DNA of 54,892 nucleotides. It comes from an uncultured Candidatus Sumerlaeota bacterium (GTDB taxonomy: Bacteria > Bacillota > SLNR01). The DNA is taken from the NCBI GenBank assembly GCA_964503545.1, contig CAZDAI010000002.1:1-54892 (forward strand). The letters are read 5' to 3'. Positions within the stretch are counted from its first letter, which is position 1, and each line of letters opens with the position of its first letter. This document shows positions 1-8,606 of the stretch, piece by piece. A program made the position numbers and the translations under genes. The notes beneath the pieces were generated by a model. That model did no database searches and was not told the DNA's origin. It was given only the letters and a program-made list of their open reading frames with translations.

Positions 1-10
1 GCAGGGACTG

Positions 11-1381
11 ATGATCGCTTTGCTGATGGTGACACTGATATCCGGTGCTTGGCTGGCTGCAGAGGATCCAGCACCAGCCGCTGAGCTGGACCGGTATATT
101 GCCCGGTACGAGGAAACCATGAAAATTCCGGCCGGGTCGGTCACAGTGCTCCATCGGGGTGAGCCGGTTTATGCTCGTACCTGGGGTAGCGACGTGACCG
201 AGAGCACCCGTTTCTACATTGGTTCGACAACCAAACCCATTACGGCTCTGGCGGTGATGCAGCTTGTGGAACAGGGTTTGGTGGACCTGGATGAGCCGGT
301 ATCCACCTACATCCCTGAGTTTTCAGTATCCGATGCCATTACAGTCCGGCATTTGCTGCATCATACCAGCGGTATGACAGAATTTGATTTCATGGCGGAT
401 TTGCTGCCTACGGCCTCAGCAGCAGAATTGGTTGAGGCGATGAATGGCATGACACCTTCCCATCCACCTGGTGAAGTTTTTGCCTATTTTAATCCCAATT
501 ACTCACTTTTAGGGTATCTGGTTGAGCTGATCAGCGGTGAATCCTATGGCGACTATGTGACAAACCACATATTTGCACCCCTGGGCATGACCGGTGCATC
601 GGCCCGGGGTGAAGTGGATGTGCCTGGCCACATTACCATCTTTGGTTTTTCCCGAGAAAGGGAAGAGCCCTTTATCCAGTATGATTTGCCGGCTGGTTAC
701 ATCAGCGCCTCCGCAGCAGAGCTGGCGCTTTTTCTGGAGGCGGTCCGCACCCGGGACCCAGCCCTGGGGGTTTCCCCGGAGGGGATTGCAGGGATGCTCG
801 CACCGGGGGATCTGGTTCCCTATGGCATGGGTTGGATGACTGGAACCTACGCCGAACGGCCGGCGGTGCATCACGGGGGATCACTCCCTGGGTATGTATC
901 CGATGCGCTGATCCTGCCCGAGGATGAGTACAGTATCGCTGTGCTGGTGAACAAGAATCATCTGATCAGCGCGGTATTTCTCTATCCCGACCTGGTGGAA
1001 GGGATTGTTTCTATCCTGACGGAGCAAACCGTCACCGACCGCTTGACATTGTACTGGATCTATCGGTTATTCGGTGTGTTGTTCATCATCTCGGTACTGA
1101 GCAATCTCGGGAAAATTTTCAAGCTGCTTTTCTGGCCGGGACGCCTCTCGTACTTGCGCCGGATGCTGGCCATTTGGGGGAATCTGCTGGTGCCGCTTGC
1201 TGTGATTTACATTGTTCCCATTGTATCCCGGACGGTACTCCAGCGCGGTTTTTCCTGGGAGCTGGGTATCTTGCTAGTGCCGGATTTTCTGCCTTGGTTG
1301 CTGATTGGACTGGGTTTTCAGTTTATAGAAGGTCTAGGTCATGCAATCGCCTATGGGCGAGGAATTGACCGGCGTTCGTAG
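11..1381 (+). CDS. Beta-lactamase-family serine hydrolase with C-terminal membrane anchor; 5' end may lie outside the window
   Basis: 456-aa ORF. S-x-x-K nucleophile motif in FYIGSTTKPITA. The last ~120 aa form several hydrophobic helices. The frame stays open back to base 2. Confidence 0.8.
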   Translation: MIALLMVTLISGAWLAAEDPAPAAELDRYIARYEETMKIPAGSVTVLHRGEPVYARTWGSDVTESTRFYIGSTTKPITALAVMQLVEQGLVDLDEPVSTYIPEFSVSDAITVRHLLHHTSGMTEFDFMADLLPTASAAELVEAMNGMTPSHPPGEVFAYFNPNYSLLGYLVELISGESYGDYVTNHIFAPLGMTGASARGEVDVPGHITIFGFSREREEPFIQYDLPAGYISASAAELALFLEAVRTRDPALGVSPEGIAGMLAPGDLVPYGMGWMTGTYAERPAVHHGGSLPGYVSDALILPEDEYSIAVLVNKNHLISAVFLYPDLVEGIVSILTEQTVTDRLTLYWIYRLFGVLFIISVLSNLGKIFKLLFWPGRLSYLRRMLAIWGNLLVPLAVIYIVPIVSRTVLQRGFSWELGILLVPDFLPWLLIGLGFQFIEGLGHAIAYGRGIDRRS

Positions 1382-1400
1382 CCATAGAGCATATATAAGT

Positions 1401-1430
1401 AAAAAAGAGACAGCCCGGGCTGTCTCTTTT
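1401..1430. terminator. Bidirectional rho-independent terminator between convergent genes
   Basis: Perfect palindrome GAGACAGCCC/GGGCTGTCTC (1407-1426) flanked by A6 and T4. Confidence 0.8.
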
Positions 1431-1447
1431 CATGGTAGTGTGGGATA

Positions 1448-2041
1448 TTAGTCTTTGGGAGGCTGCCAAACTTCCCATACTTTGCCGGCCATCTGGGGTG
1501 TTGGTTTCAGGGTCTGACCACCTTCAGTCCAGCCGGAAGGGATCACTTCGCCGGTTTTCTGATGGTGCTGGTAGGCTTTGATTTGGCGCAGCAGTTCATG
1601 GGGATTCCGGCCGACCGGCGGGCTGAGGATTTCTGCCGCCTGGATGATGCCTTTGGGATCGATCAGAAAACGCCCGCGAATATTCACACCGGCATCCACA
1701 TCATACACATCATAGAGTGAACCGATTTTCCCGCCCTGGTCCGATACCATGGGGAAGGGAACGCCGCCGTCCACCATTTTGGACAGTTCAGTTTCATTCC
1801 AAACTTTGTGGGAGTGCACACTGTCGGTACTTACGGACATAACTTCCACGCCCAGTTCCTGGAGTTTGCCATAGCCCACGGCTATGTGTGAGATCTCCGT
1901 GGGTCAGACAAAGGTAAAGTCTCCGGGGTAGAAACACAGAACGACCCATTTGCCTTCGTAGTCACTTAATTTTACTTCTTTGATTTCGCCCTTGTGAAAG
2001 GCTTTGGCTTTGAATTCAGGTGCCTTTTTCGTGACAAGCAT
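1448..2041 (-). CDS. prxU: Selenocysteine-containing peroxiredoxin (AhpC/Prx1 family), UGA-Sec at codon 46
   Basis: The frame of track ORF 1448..1879 continues upstream through a single UGA (1904-1906) to ATG 2039-2041, which has an AAGGGGG RBS. The N-terminus reads [10 protein letters not shown]...[30 protein letters not shown], so UGA sits where the Prx motif FTFVCPTE has its peroxidatic Cys. 594 nt = 197 codons + stop. Confidence 0.8.
1875..1903 (-). promoter_or_regulatory. SECIS-like hairpin immediately 3' of the UGA codon
   Basis: The mRNA reads UGA-CCCACGG-(15 nt)-CCGUGGG, a 7-bp stem starting at the first nucleotide after UGA. Confidence 0.55.
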
Positions 2042-2292
2042 TCTTTTACCCCCTTTTAAAATTATTTAAGTGCTCACTAATATGAGTATATCCTAAAAAC
2101 AGGGAAGAAACAAGGCAATACTTCGGGATAATTACAGAATTGGATTACATGCAATATGAAGCGGGTGTACGCATTCTGCAATTTTGCCTTGACCTGGGAG
2201 TCTGGGTCTGGTTTACTTAAGACAGAGGCGCCTGATCTGCAGCGGGTATGCTTAATGGCTGATTGGATCATAAAAAAAGGAGGAATTATTCG

Positions 2293-2691
2293 ATGAAAAA
2301 GAAGCTTGTTTTTCTTGTTGTTCTAGCCCTGCTCCTGGTTGCCTGCACGCCGGCAGATCCGGATGCGGGAAAAGATGCCTGGGGGGAGAAGGCCAGTGAG
2401 TTTGTTGCCCATCTGGCTGCGGAGGAGTATGAAGATGCTTTTGCATATTTTGATGCTACCATGGCAGAGGCCCTGCCTCTGGATGATCTGATTCTGACCT
2501 GGAACACAGTGCAGCAGCAGGCGGGTGCCTATGTTGAAGAGGTAAAACAGGAGCGGGAAACACAAAATCCTTATGAAATCGTTATTGTTACTGGAGAATT
2601 TGCCGAAGCCTATATCGATATCCGCATTGTCTTCGATGGCGATGAAAAGATTGCCGGACTCTTCTTCCAGCCATCCACATACACACCCTGA
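2293..2691 (+). CDS. Lipoprotein with DUF3887-like domain
   Basis: AGGAGG RBS upstream of ATG 2293. Signal peptide with lipobox LLLVAC. Paralogous to the N-terminal domain of the next gene (shared EE.YEDAF..FD..M, IAGLFFQ). Confidence 0.65.
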   Translation: MKKKLVFLVVLALLLVACTPADPDAGKDAWGEKASEFVAHLAAEEYEDAFAYFDATMAEALPLDDLILTWNTVQQQAGAYVEEVKQERETQNPYEIVIVTGEFAEAYIDIRIVFDGDEKIAGLFFQPSTYTP

Positions 2692-2720
2692 TCGCAGACT
2701 CCAGGAAGGAAGTGTTGGAT

Positions 2721-4091
2721 ATGCGCAAACAGTTAAGTATACTGTTGATCCTGATATTGGTTTTCTCCGCAGCGGGCTGTCAGACAGCGCCCCAGCCACC
2801 TAGTGAAGAAGAAGCGGCAGCGCTAGCATCCGCCTTTATTCTCGCTTTGGCGGAGGAACGCTACGAAGATGCTTTCAGCAATTTTGACACCCAGATGGCA
2901 GCGGCGATCAGTCAAGATCAGCTGGAGGAGATCTGGGTGCAGCTCCAGGTACAGCTGGGTTCATACATTCGTTCAGCGGAGCAGCGACAGGAACTCCAGC
3001 CTCCCTATCGGATCGTTATTGTCACAATTCAAATGGGCAGCTATTATCTGGATACCCGTCTGGTTTTTACCGCCCAGAAACAGATTGCCGGGCTCTTTTT
3101 CCAGCAGTCTGATTATCTCGCCCAATTTTACGAACCGCCGGCGTATGCCGATGAGACACTCTTCAGCGAGCATGAGCTTCTGGTGGGCAGCGGCGAATGG
3201 GCACTGCCGGCAACCCTGACCATTCCAGCAGGAGGGGGGCCTTTCCCCTTTATTGTTCTGGTCCATGGGTCCGGTCCCAATGACCGCAATGAAACCATCG
3301 GTCCCAATCGACCGTTTCAGGATCTGGCCTGGGGTCTGGCCTCCCAGGGTATTGGGGTCTTACGATATGAAAAACGAACTAAAGAGCATGGTCAGAAAAT
3401 TGCCGGTATGCTGGATACTTTAACCCCTGATGAAGAGACGGTGCAGGATGCGGTCGCGGCTGTCACGCTCCTGCGGGAAACCCCCGAGGCTGATCCGGAC
3501 CGGATCTATGTCCTGGGCCACAGTCTGGGAGCGATTCTTGCCCCCCGGATTGCCAGTGAAGCAGAACAGATCGCCGGCCTGATCCTGCTGGCCGGTACGC
3601 CGCGTCCCCTGGAGGATCTGATTTTAGAGCAAGTCACTTATTTGCTGAGTATTAAAGAAGATGTTACGGATGCTGAACGGGCAGAAGTGGAAAAACTAAC
3701 CCAGCAGGTTGCCCGGGTAAAAGATCCCAATCTCAGCACCGACGTTCCCGCTGGAGATCTTCCCCTTGGCATGCCCGCAGCCTACTGGCTGTATTTAAAA
3801 GCCTACGACCCGGCAGATGAAGCCCGGGGGGCGCAAAAACCGCTGCTGATTCTCCAGGGTGAGCGGGACTATCAGGTTACCATGACCGACTTTCGGGCCT
3901 GGCAGGAAGCGCTGGCCGGTTACGCGGCAGCTCGCTACCGATCATACCCGGCATTGAATCATTTATTTATTGCCGGAGCAGGTGCTCCCCACCCCGATGA
4001 ATACATGACGCCCGGGAATGTGGCGAAAGTGGTGGTGGATGATATTGCCGCCTGGATCAAGACCGGGCAGATTGGAGAGCACAATGAGTAA
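2721..4091 (+). CDS. Lipoprotein: DUF3887-like N-domain fused to alpha/beta hydrolase
   Basis: ATG 2721. Lipobox VFSAAGC. Nucleophile elbow GHSLG in YVLGHSLGAI. C-terminal hydrolase fold motifs. Confidence 0.75.
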   Translation: MRKQLSILLILILVFSAAGCQTAPQPPSEEEAAALASAFILALAEERYEDAFSNFDTQMAAAISQDQLEEIWVQLQVQLGSYIRSAEQRQELQPPYRIVIVTIQMGSYYLDTRLVFTAQKQIAGLFFQQSDYLAQFYEPPAYADETLFSEHELLVGSGEWALPATLTIPAGGGPFPFIVLVHGSGPNDRNETIGPNRPFQDLAWGLASQGIGVLRYEKRTKEHGQKIAGMLDTLTPDEETVQDAVAAVTLLRETPEADPDRIYVLGHSLGAILAPRIASEAEQIAGLILLAGTPRPLEDLILEQVTYLLSIKEDVTDAERAEVEKLTQQVARVKDPNLSTDVPAGDLPLGMPAAYWLYLKAYDPADEARGAQKPLLILQGERDYQVTMTDFRAWQEALAGYAAARYRSYPALNHLFIAGAGAPHPDEYMTPGNVAKVVVDDIAAWIKTGQIGEHNE

Positions 4092-4584
4092 TCATCCATC
4101 GGTTGACACCATGTGGCAGGCTTATCTAGCCAGTTTGGGTGAAGATTCAAGAAGTACAGATAAAACCTATTCTGCCTGGCATTTTGAACTGACAGAAACG
4201 GTTGCTGATAAGCTGGCCGGTCTGGTCTTGGCCGGGCAAAAACGCGGTACAGCATCGTGTCTTTGGGCACTGCTTCACGATGGCGATCAAGTCCCAGCGA
4301 TCGGTAATTACAGCATCGTAACCGGGTGGGATGGTACGGCCCGCTGCATTATTCAAACCACCCAGGTGGCTGTGGTGCCCTATGGGGAGGTCACGGCTGA
4401 CTTTGCTCGCCAGGAAGGGGAAGGAGACGGGAGCCTTAGCTACTGGCGCAGTGTCCATATTCCTTTTTTTACAGCAGAATGCCAGCGGATTGGGCGGGAG
4501 TTTACTCTTGACATGCCTGTGGTGTGCGAGGCATTTCGTGTGGTCTATCCCCTGGAAGCTGCGGACAGACCGGAGTCGATTTAG
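4084..4584 (+). CDS. ASCH domain protein
   Basis: ATG 4084 overlaps the upstream stop (ATGAGTAA). ~166 aa with ASCH-like sequence (SAWHFELTE..., LAGQKRGTAS, EGEGDGSLSYWR). Confidence 0.7.
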   Translation: MSNHPSVDTMWQAYLASLGEDSRSTDKTYSAWHFELTETVADKLAGLVLAGQKRGTASCLWALLHDGDQVPAIGNYSIVTGWDGTARCIIQTTQVAVVPYGEVTADFARQEGEGDGSLSYWRSVHIPFFTAECQRIGREFTLDMPVVCEAFRVVYPLEAADRPESI

Positions 4585-4590
4585 GCAGGG

Positions 4591-6294
4591 ATGGGGAAGC
4601 GTATGCCGAATGTTTATGAAACAGGAAGCATTTTCCAAAGGAGGGGTACAAGGGTGCAGAGTAAAAACAGCGGATGTGTAGACTTGATTATCAAGAACGG
4701 GAAAATTCTGACGGTTGATGCCACGAACCGAATTGTTGAGGCGGCAGCGATTCAGGCTGGCCGATTTGCTGCTGTCGGCACAGAGGCAGAGATTATGGCG
4801 CTGGCCGGGCCCGATACAGAGGTCCTGGATATGGCTGGACAGACTGTGATCCCCGGAATCTATGATTCCCATAACCATGTTCATCCCGCCGGGGTACTCT
4901 TAGACGGGGTGATGCTCTTTGGTGCAGAAAGCATTGCTGAACTGAAAGAACGTCTGGCTGCGAAAGTGAAAGAAACCCCAGAGGGGGAATGGATTCAAGG
5001 TGGAGGCTGGATTGAGAGCCAGTTTCGGGAATACCAGATGCCCACCCGCTGGGATCTGGATGAGGTGGCCCCGGACCATCCGGTAATCCTGGATCGCCTG
5101 TTTGCCCGCACTGTAGTCAACAGCAAGGCGTTGGCCCTGGCGGGAATTGATCGCAATACGCCGGATCCGGAGCGGGGGATTATTGATCGGGACATGAAGA
5201 CCGGTGAACCTACGGGTGTGCTTCGCAATGGCGCCTGGACACTGATTGAAGCCGTTATGCCCCAACGCTCCCATGAGGATCGAATCGGCCGGATCGAATA
5301 TTATCTGGATCTGGCCATGCAGGAATACTTAAAATATGGAATCACCAGCATCGTCGACCCGGGCATCGATGTGGATACCATGCGGGCCTATCGGAAAATG
5401 CATAAAGAAGGCCGGCTGCCCATCCGGATTAACATGATGCCGGAATGCTACGGTATGCAAGGTTACAGCACAGATGAAGTGGATGGAATTCTCAAATACA
5501 TTGGCATCGACAGCGGTTTTGGGGATCTGTGGCTGAGTATGGGGGCGTTGAAACTGGCCATCGATGGCGGCGTGGGCAGCAAGACCGCCATGATGTACGA
5601 TGCCTGGATTGATGGAACGCACAGCCGGGGCAACCCGCGTTTTAAAGCCGATGTTATGAAAGACCTCTTTATCCGGGCTCACCGCATGGGGTGGTCCATC
5701 GGCGTTCACACCTGCGGGGATGAGGCCCAGGATATTGCTGTCAATGCTTTCGTTGAAGCCCAAGAGAAGTATCCCCGGGATGATGTACGCCATAACATTG
5801 TGCATGGCTATCTGCCAACACCGGAGGCACTGCAGAAGATGAAAGACTACAACATCGGCGTATCCCTTCAGCCCGGATTTATGTTCGTGGAGGGCGACAT
5901 TTATTTTGATGTACTGGACCAGAAACGGATTGAACATTTCAAGCCCCTGCGCAGTTACCTGGATCACAATATTGTGGTGGCAGCCAATTCAGACATGACT
6001 TCTGCTCACTACAATCCATTTATCGGTATGTATGCAGCTGTGGCCCGCAAAACCAGCCAGGGACGCAGCCTGGGGGATCAGGAAAAAATCTCCCGGGAAG
6101 AGATGCTGCGCCTGTTTACCGTCAACGGTGCCTGGCTGGCTTTCCGAGAAAGCCAGGTGGGCTCCATAGAACCGGGCAAGGTAGCGGATCTGGCTGTCCT
6201 TTCTCATGACATTTATACCTGTCCGGAAGAAAGCATTAAGGACATCCAGGTGAACATGACCATGGTAGACGGTAAAGTCGTATTTAAGCGCTAA
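4591..6294 (+). CDS. Amidohydrolase-family metal-dependent hydrolase (Amidohydro_3/YtcJ-like)
   Basis: H-x-H metal motif in GIYDSHNHV. Length and C-terminal ADLAVL motif are typical. The more likely start is GTG 4654, after an AGGAGGGG RBS. Confidence 0.85.
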   Translation: MGKRMPNVYETGSIFQRRGTRVQSKNSGCVDLIIKNGKILTVDATNRIVEAAAIQAGRFAAVGTEAEIMALAGPDTEVLDMAGQTVIPGIYDSHNHVHPAGVLLDGVMLFGAESIAELKERLAAKVKETPEGEWIQGGGWIESQFREYQMPTRWDLDEVAPDHPVILDRLFARTVVNSKALALAGIDRNTPDPERGIIDRDMKTGEPTGVLRNGAWTLIEAVMPQRSHEDRIGRIEYYLDLAMQEYLKYGITSIVDPGIDVDTMRAYRKMHKEGRLPIRINMMPECYGMQGYSTDEVDGILKYIGIDSGFGDLWLSMGALKLAIDGGVGSKTAMMYDAWIDGTHSRGNPRFKADVMKDLFIRAHRMGWSIGVHTCGDEAQDIAVNAFVEAQEKYPRDDVRHNIVHGYLPTPEALQKMKDYNIGVSLQPGFMFVEGDIYFDVLDQKRIEHFKPLRSYLDHNIVVAANSDMTSAHYNPFIGMYAAVARKTSQGRSLGDQEKISREEMLRLFTVNGAWLAFRESQVGSIEPGKVADLAVLSHDIYTCPEESIKDIQVNMTMVDGKVVFKR

Positions 6295-6318
6295 GACACC
6301 GATAACGGTGCCGCTGCA

Positions 6319-6343
6319 CAGAGAGCTTCGGCTCTCTGTTTTT
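6319..6343 (+). terminator. Rho-independent terminator
   Basis: CAGAGAGC-TTCG-GCTCTCTG followed by T5. Confidence 0.8.
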
Positions 6344-6469
6344 ATTAGCAGGAACTAGCCCAAAACTGATATTCCAACAGGCTCAGCAGCAGGATTGGCG
6401 GAATTTTAGCCGAACAGTAGTGTATCACATGCCTCCAGGCATGGAATCTCGGCAAGCAGGAGTGTCGCT

Positions 6470-8563
6470 ATGTTCAAAATGTGTAGATCTGGACGGATTC
6501 TGATCGCTGCACTGCTGGCAATCGGTTTTTTGACAACCGGTTTGCCCCAGGCAGCCGCTAATCCGGTGGCACGGGTCCCGCGGTTTTCTCATACCAGTGG
6601 TTTTTACCAACAGGAGTTTTCTCTGGTGCTGACGCCGCCTGCTCCAGGCGGGGTGATTTACTATACCTTGGATGGATCAGAACCCGATCAACACGCTCGT
6701 GTGTACAAGGAGCCGATTCCCATTGTTTTTGCACCGGATCATGATGGGGACATTGCCTACATTGAAACGACCATGGAACGTGTCCCGGGATATATGCAGT
6801 GGCTGCCCCCCAGAGCGGAACCTTTCAAAGCGACCGTGGTACGAGCCCGGTATGTGATCGGCGGGGCTGAACCCAGTCCGGTGGTTACCGAGACATTTTT
6901 TACGGCTCCGGATATCCGTAGTCGCTTTACCTTGCCGGTTCTTGCCATTGCGACAGATCCTGGGGGATTGTTTTCAGATGAAGAGGGGATCTATGTTCCG
7001 GGCAAGATCTATGCAGACAACAACTCCGATCGCTGGTCCTACGGTCAGCACCCGGCCAATTACAACCAGCGGGGTGTGGAGTGGGAGCGTACCGCCCACC
7101 TGACCTGGGTGGATCCCCGGGGAACCGTGGGCTTTGCTCATGAGATCGGCTTGCGCATTCACGGCGCCTGGAGTCGGGTACAGCCTATGAAAAGTCTGCG
7201 CATTTATTCTCGCACAGTCTACGGTGAGGGGAGCATTACTTATGCTTTCTTTGCCGAGGGAGAAGCGCGTACTTATGAACGGTTGCTGCTGCGCAACGGC
7301 GGTCAGGATTTCTATCATGCGTTTATGCGAGATGTCCTGGGGCAAAGCCTTGTGAGTCATTTGGGGTTGGATGTTCAGGAGGCCCGGCCGGTGGTGGTCT
7401 TCATCAACGGTGTTTACTGGGGCATTCATTATGTACGGGAACGCTATGACGAACGCTACATAGAAAAATATTACACAGTACCCCGGGATCAGGTGGTGCT
7501 GATAGAAAACAACGGAGGACTCCTGGCCGGTCTGCCGGAAGATCGCCTGTTGTGGTACCGGCTGCGGGATTACCTGTTTGAGCACAGTCTGGTGGATGAT
7601 GGTCATTACCAGGAGGTAGTGAGTCAGATCGATCTGGAGAATTATCTGGACTATTTGACGGTTAGCATCTACAGTGCCAATCAGGATTGGCCGGGCAACA
7701 ATGTCCGCTTCTGGCGCATCCGCGAGCCAATTCAGACTGGAACCGTCATAGAACAAGCGGATGGCCGCTGGCGCTGGCTGATCAACGACCTGGATTCGGG
7801 GTTTCGTGAAGCAGACTACGATATGTATGAATTGCTGGCTCGGGAATCCACTGCCTGGCCCACACCCGCCTGGTCGACGATTATGTTTCGTAGGCTGATG
7901 GAAAATCCGGATTTTCGTGTCCGGTATCTAAACCGTCTGGATTATCACCTCCACACGACTTTTTCGCCTGAGCATGCCCTGGCATGGATTGCCCACTGGG
8001 AAGGGCTGATCAGTCTGGAAATGCCCCGGCATATCCAGCGGTGGCGGCGCCCCGGCAGTATGGAGGCCTGGGAAGCTTCGGTGGATGTGCTGCGGAGATT
8101 TGTTCAGATGCGACCTGACTTTCTGCGCTCCCAAACCGAGGCGTTTTTTGGCCTTGATGCCTCCTGTATCCTGACATTGCGTACCGATGCCATGTACGGA
8201 AATTCGGTGCGCTTAAATGGTATTCCGGTCAATGGCACAGAACCTTGGAGTGGGTTGTTCTTTGCTGGACAGCCCGTCCATCTGGAAGCTGAACCGCAGT
8301 TTGGTTACCGGTTTTCCGGATGGGAGCTGGCCGATGGAGAACAGCTGGCTGAATCTGCGGTTATTATGAGCGATGATCTGGCCCTGCGCCCGGTATTTAT
8401 CCGGTTTTTCTGGGCAGAACCTGTATTCTTACTGTTATTTGGCGTGCTCGTCAGCGGACTGCTGGCTCTCTGGATTCGCTCATTACTGCGCAGGCGCCAG
8501 GAAAGAGCCCATGAACAACTCTTGTATTGGGACAGGGATCAGCTGGAGGAACAAGTCGACTGA
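6470..8563 (+). CDS. Secreted/anchored CotH-family kinase-like protein
   Basis: N-terminal signal peptide. YYTLDGSEP (chitobiase/Fn3-associated type motif). Central CotH-like region (LLLRNGGQDF...). C-terminal TM helix plus charged tail. Confidence 0.7.
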   Translation: MFKMCRSGRILIAALLAIGFLTTGLPQAAANPVARVPRFSHTSGFYQQEFSLVLTPPAPGGVIYYTLDGSEPDQHARVYKEPIPIVFAPDHDGDIAYIETTMERVPGYMQWLPPRAEPFKATVVRARYVIGGAEPSPVVTETFFTAPDIRSRFTLPVLAIATDPGGLFSDEEGIYVPGKIYADNNSDRWSYGQHPANYNQRGVEWERTAHLTWVDPRGTVGFAHEIGLRIHGAWSRVQPMKSLRIYSRTVYGEGSITYAFFAEGEARTYERLLLRNGGQDFYHAFMRDVLGQSLVSHLGLDVQEARPVVVFINGVYWGIHYVRERYDERYIEKYYTVPRDQVVLIENNGGLLAGLPEDRLLWYRLRDYLFEHSLVDDGHYQEVVSQIDLENYLDYLTVSIYSANQDWPGNNVRFWRIREPIQTGTVIEQADGRWRWLINDLDSGFREADYDMYELLARESTAWPTPAWSTIMFRRLMENPDFRVRYLNRLDYHLHTTFSPEHALAWIAHWEGLISLEMPRHIQRWRRPGSMEAWEASVDVLRRFVQMRPDFLRSQTEAFFGLDASCILTLRTDAMYGNSVRLNGIPVNGTEPWSGLFFAGQPVHLEAEPQFGYRFSGWELADGEQLAESAVIMSDDLALRPVFIRFFWAEPVFLLLFGVLVSGLLALWIRSLLRRRQERAHEQLLYWDRDQLEEQVD

Positions 8564-8606
8564 CAGATGGACAATATGAACAGGATCACGACATGGGGAT
8601 GAGAAT

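Noticed and set aside
2057-2071. TTAAAATTATTTAAG as a PerR-type box in the peroxiredoxin 5' region
   Set aside because: It matches about 10 of 14 consensus positions in an AT-rich stretch, is an imperfect palindrome, and sits between the RBS and promoter. That is too weak to call without comparative data.
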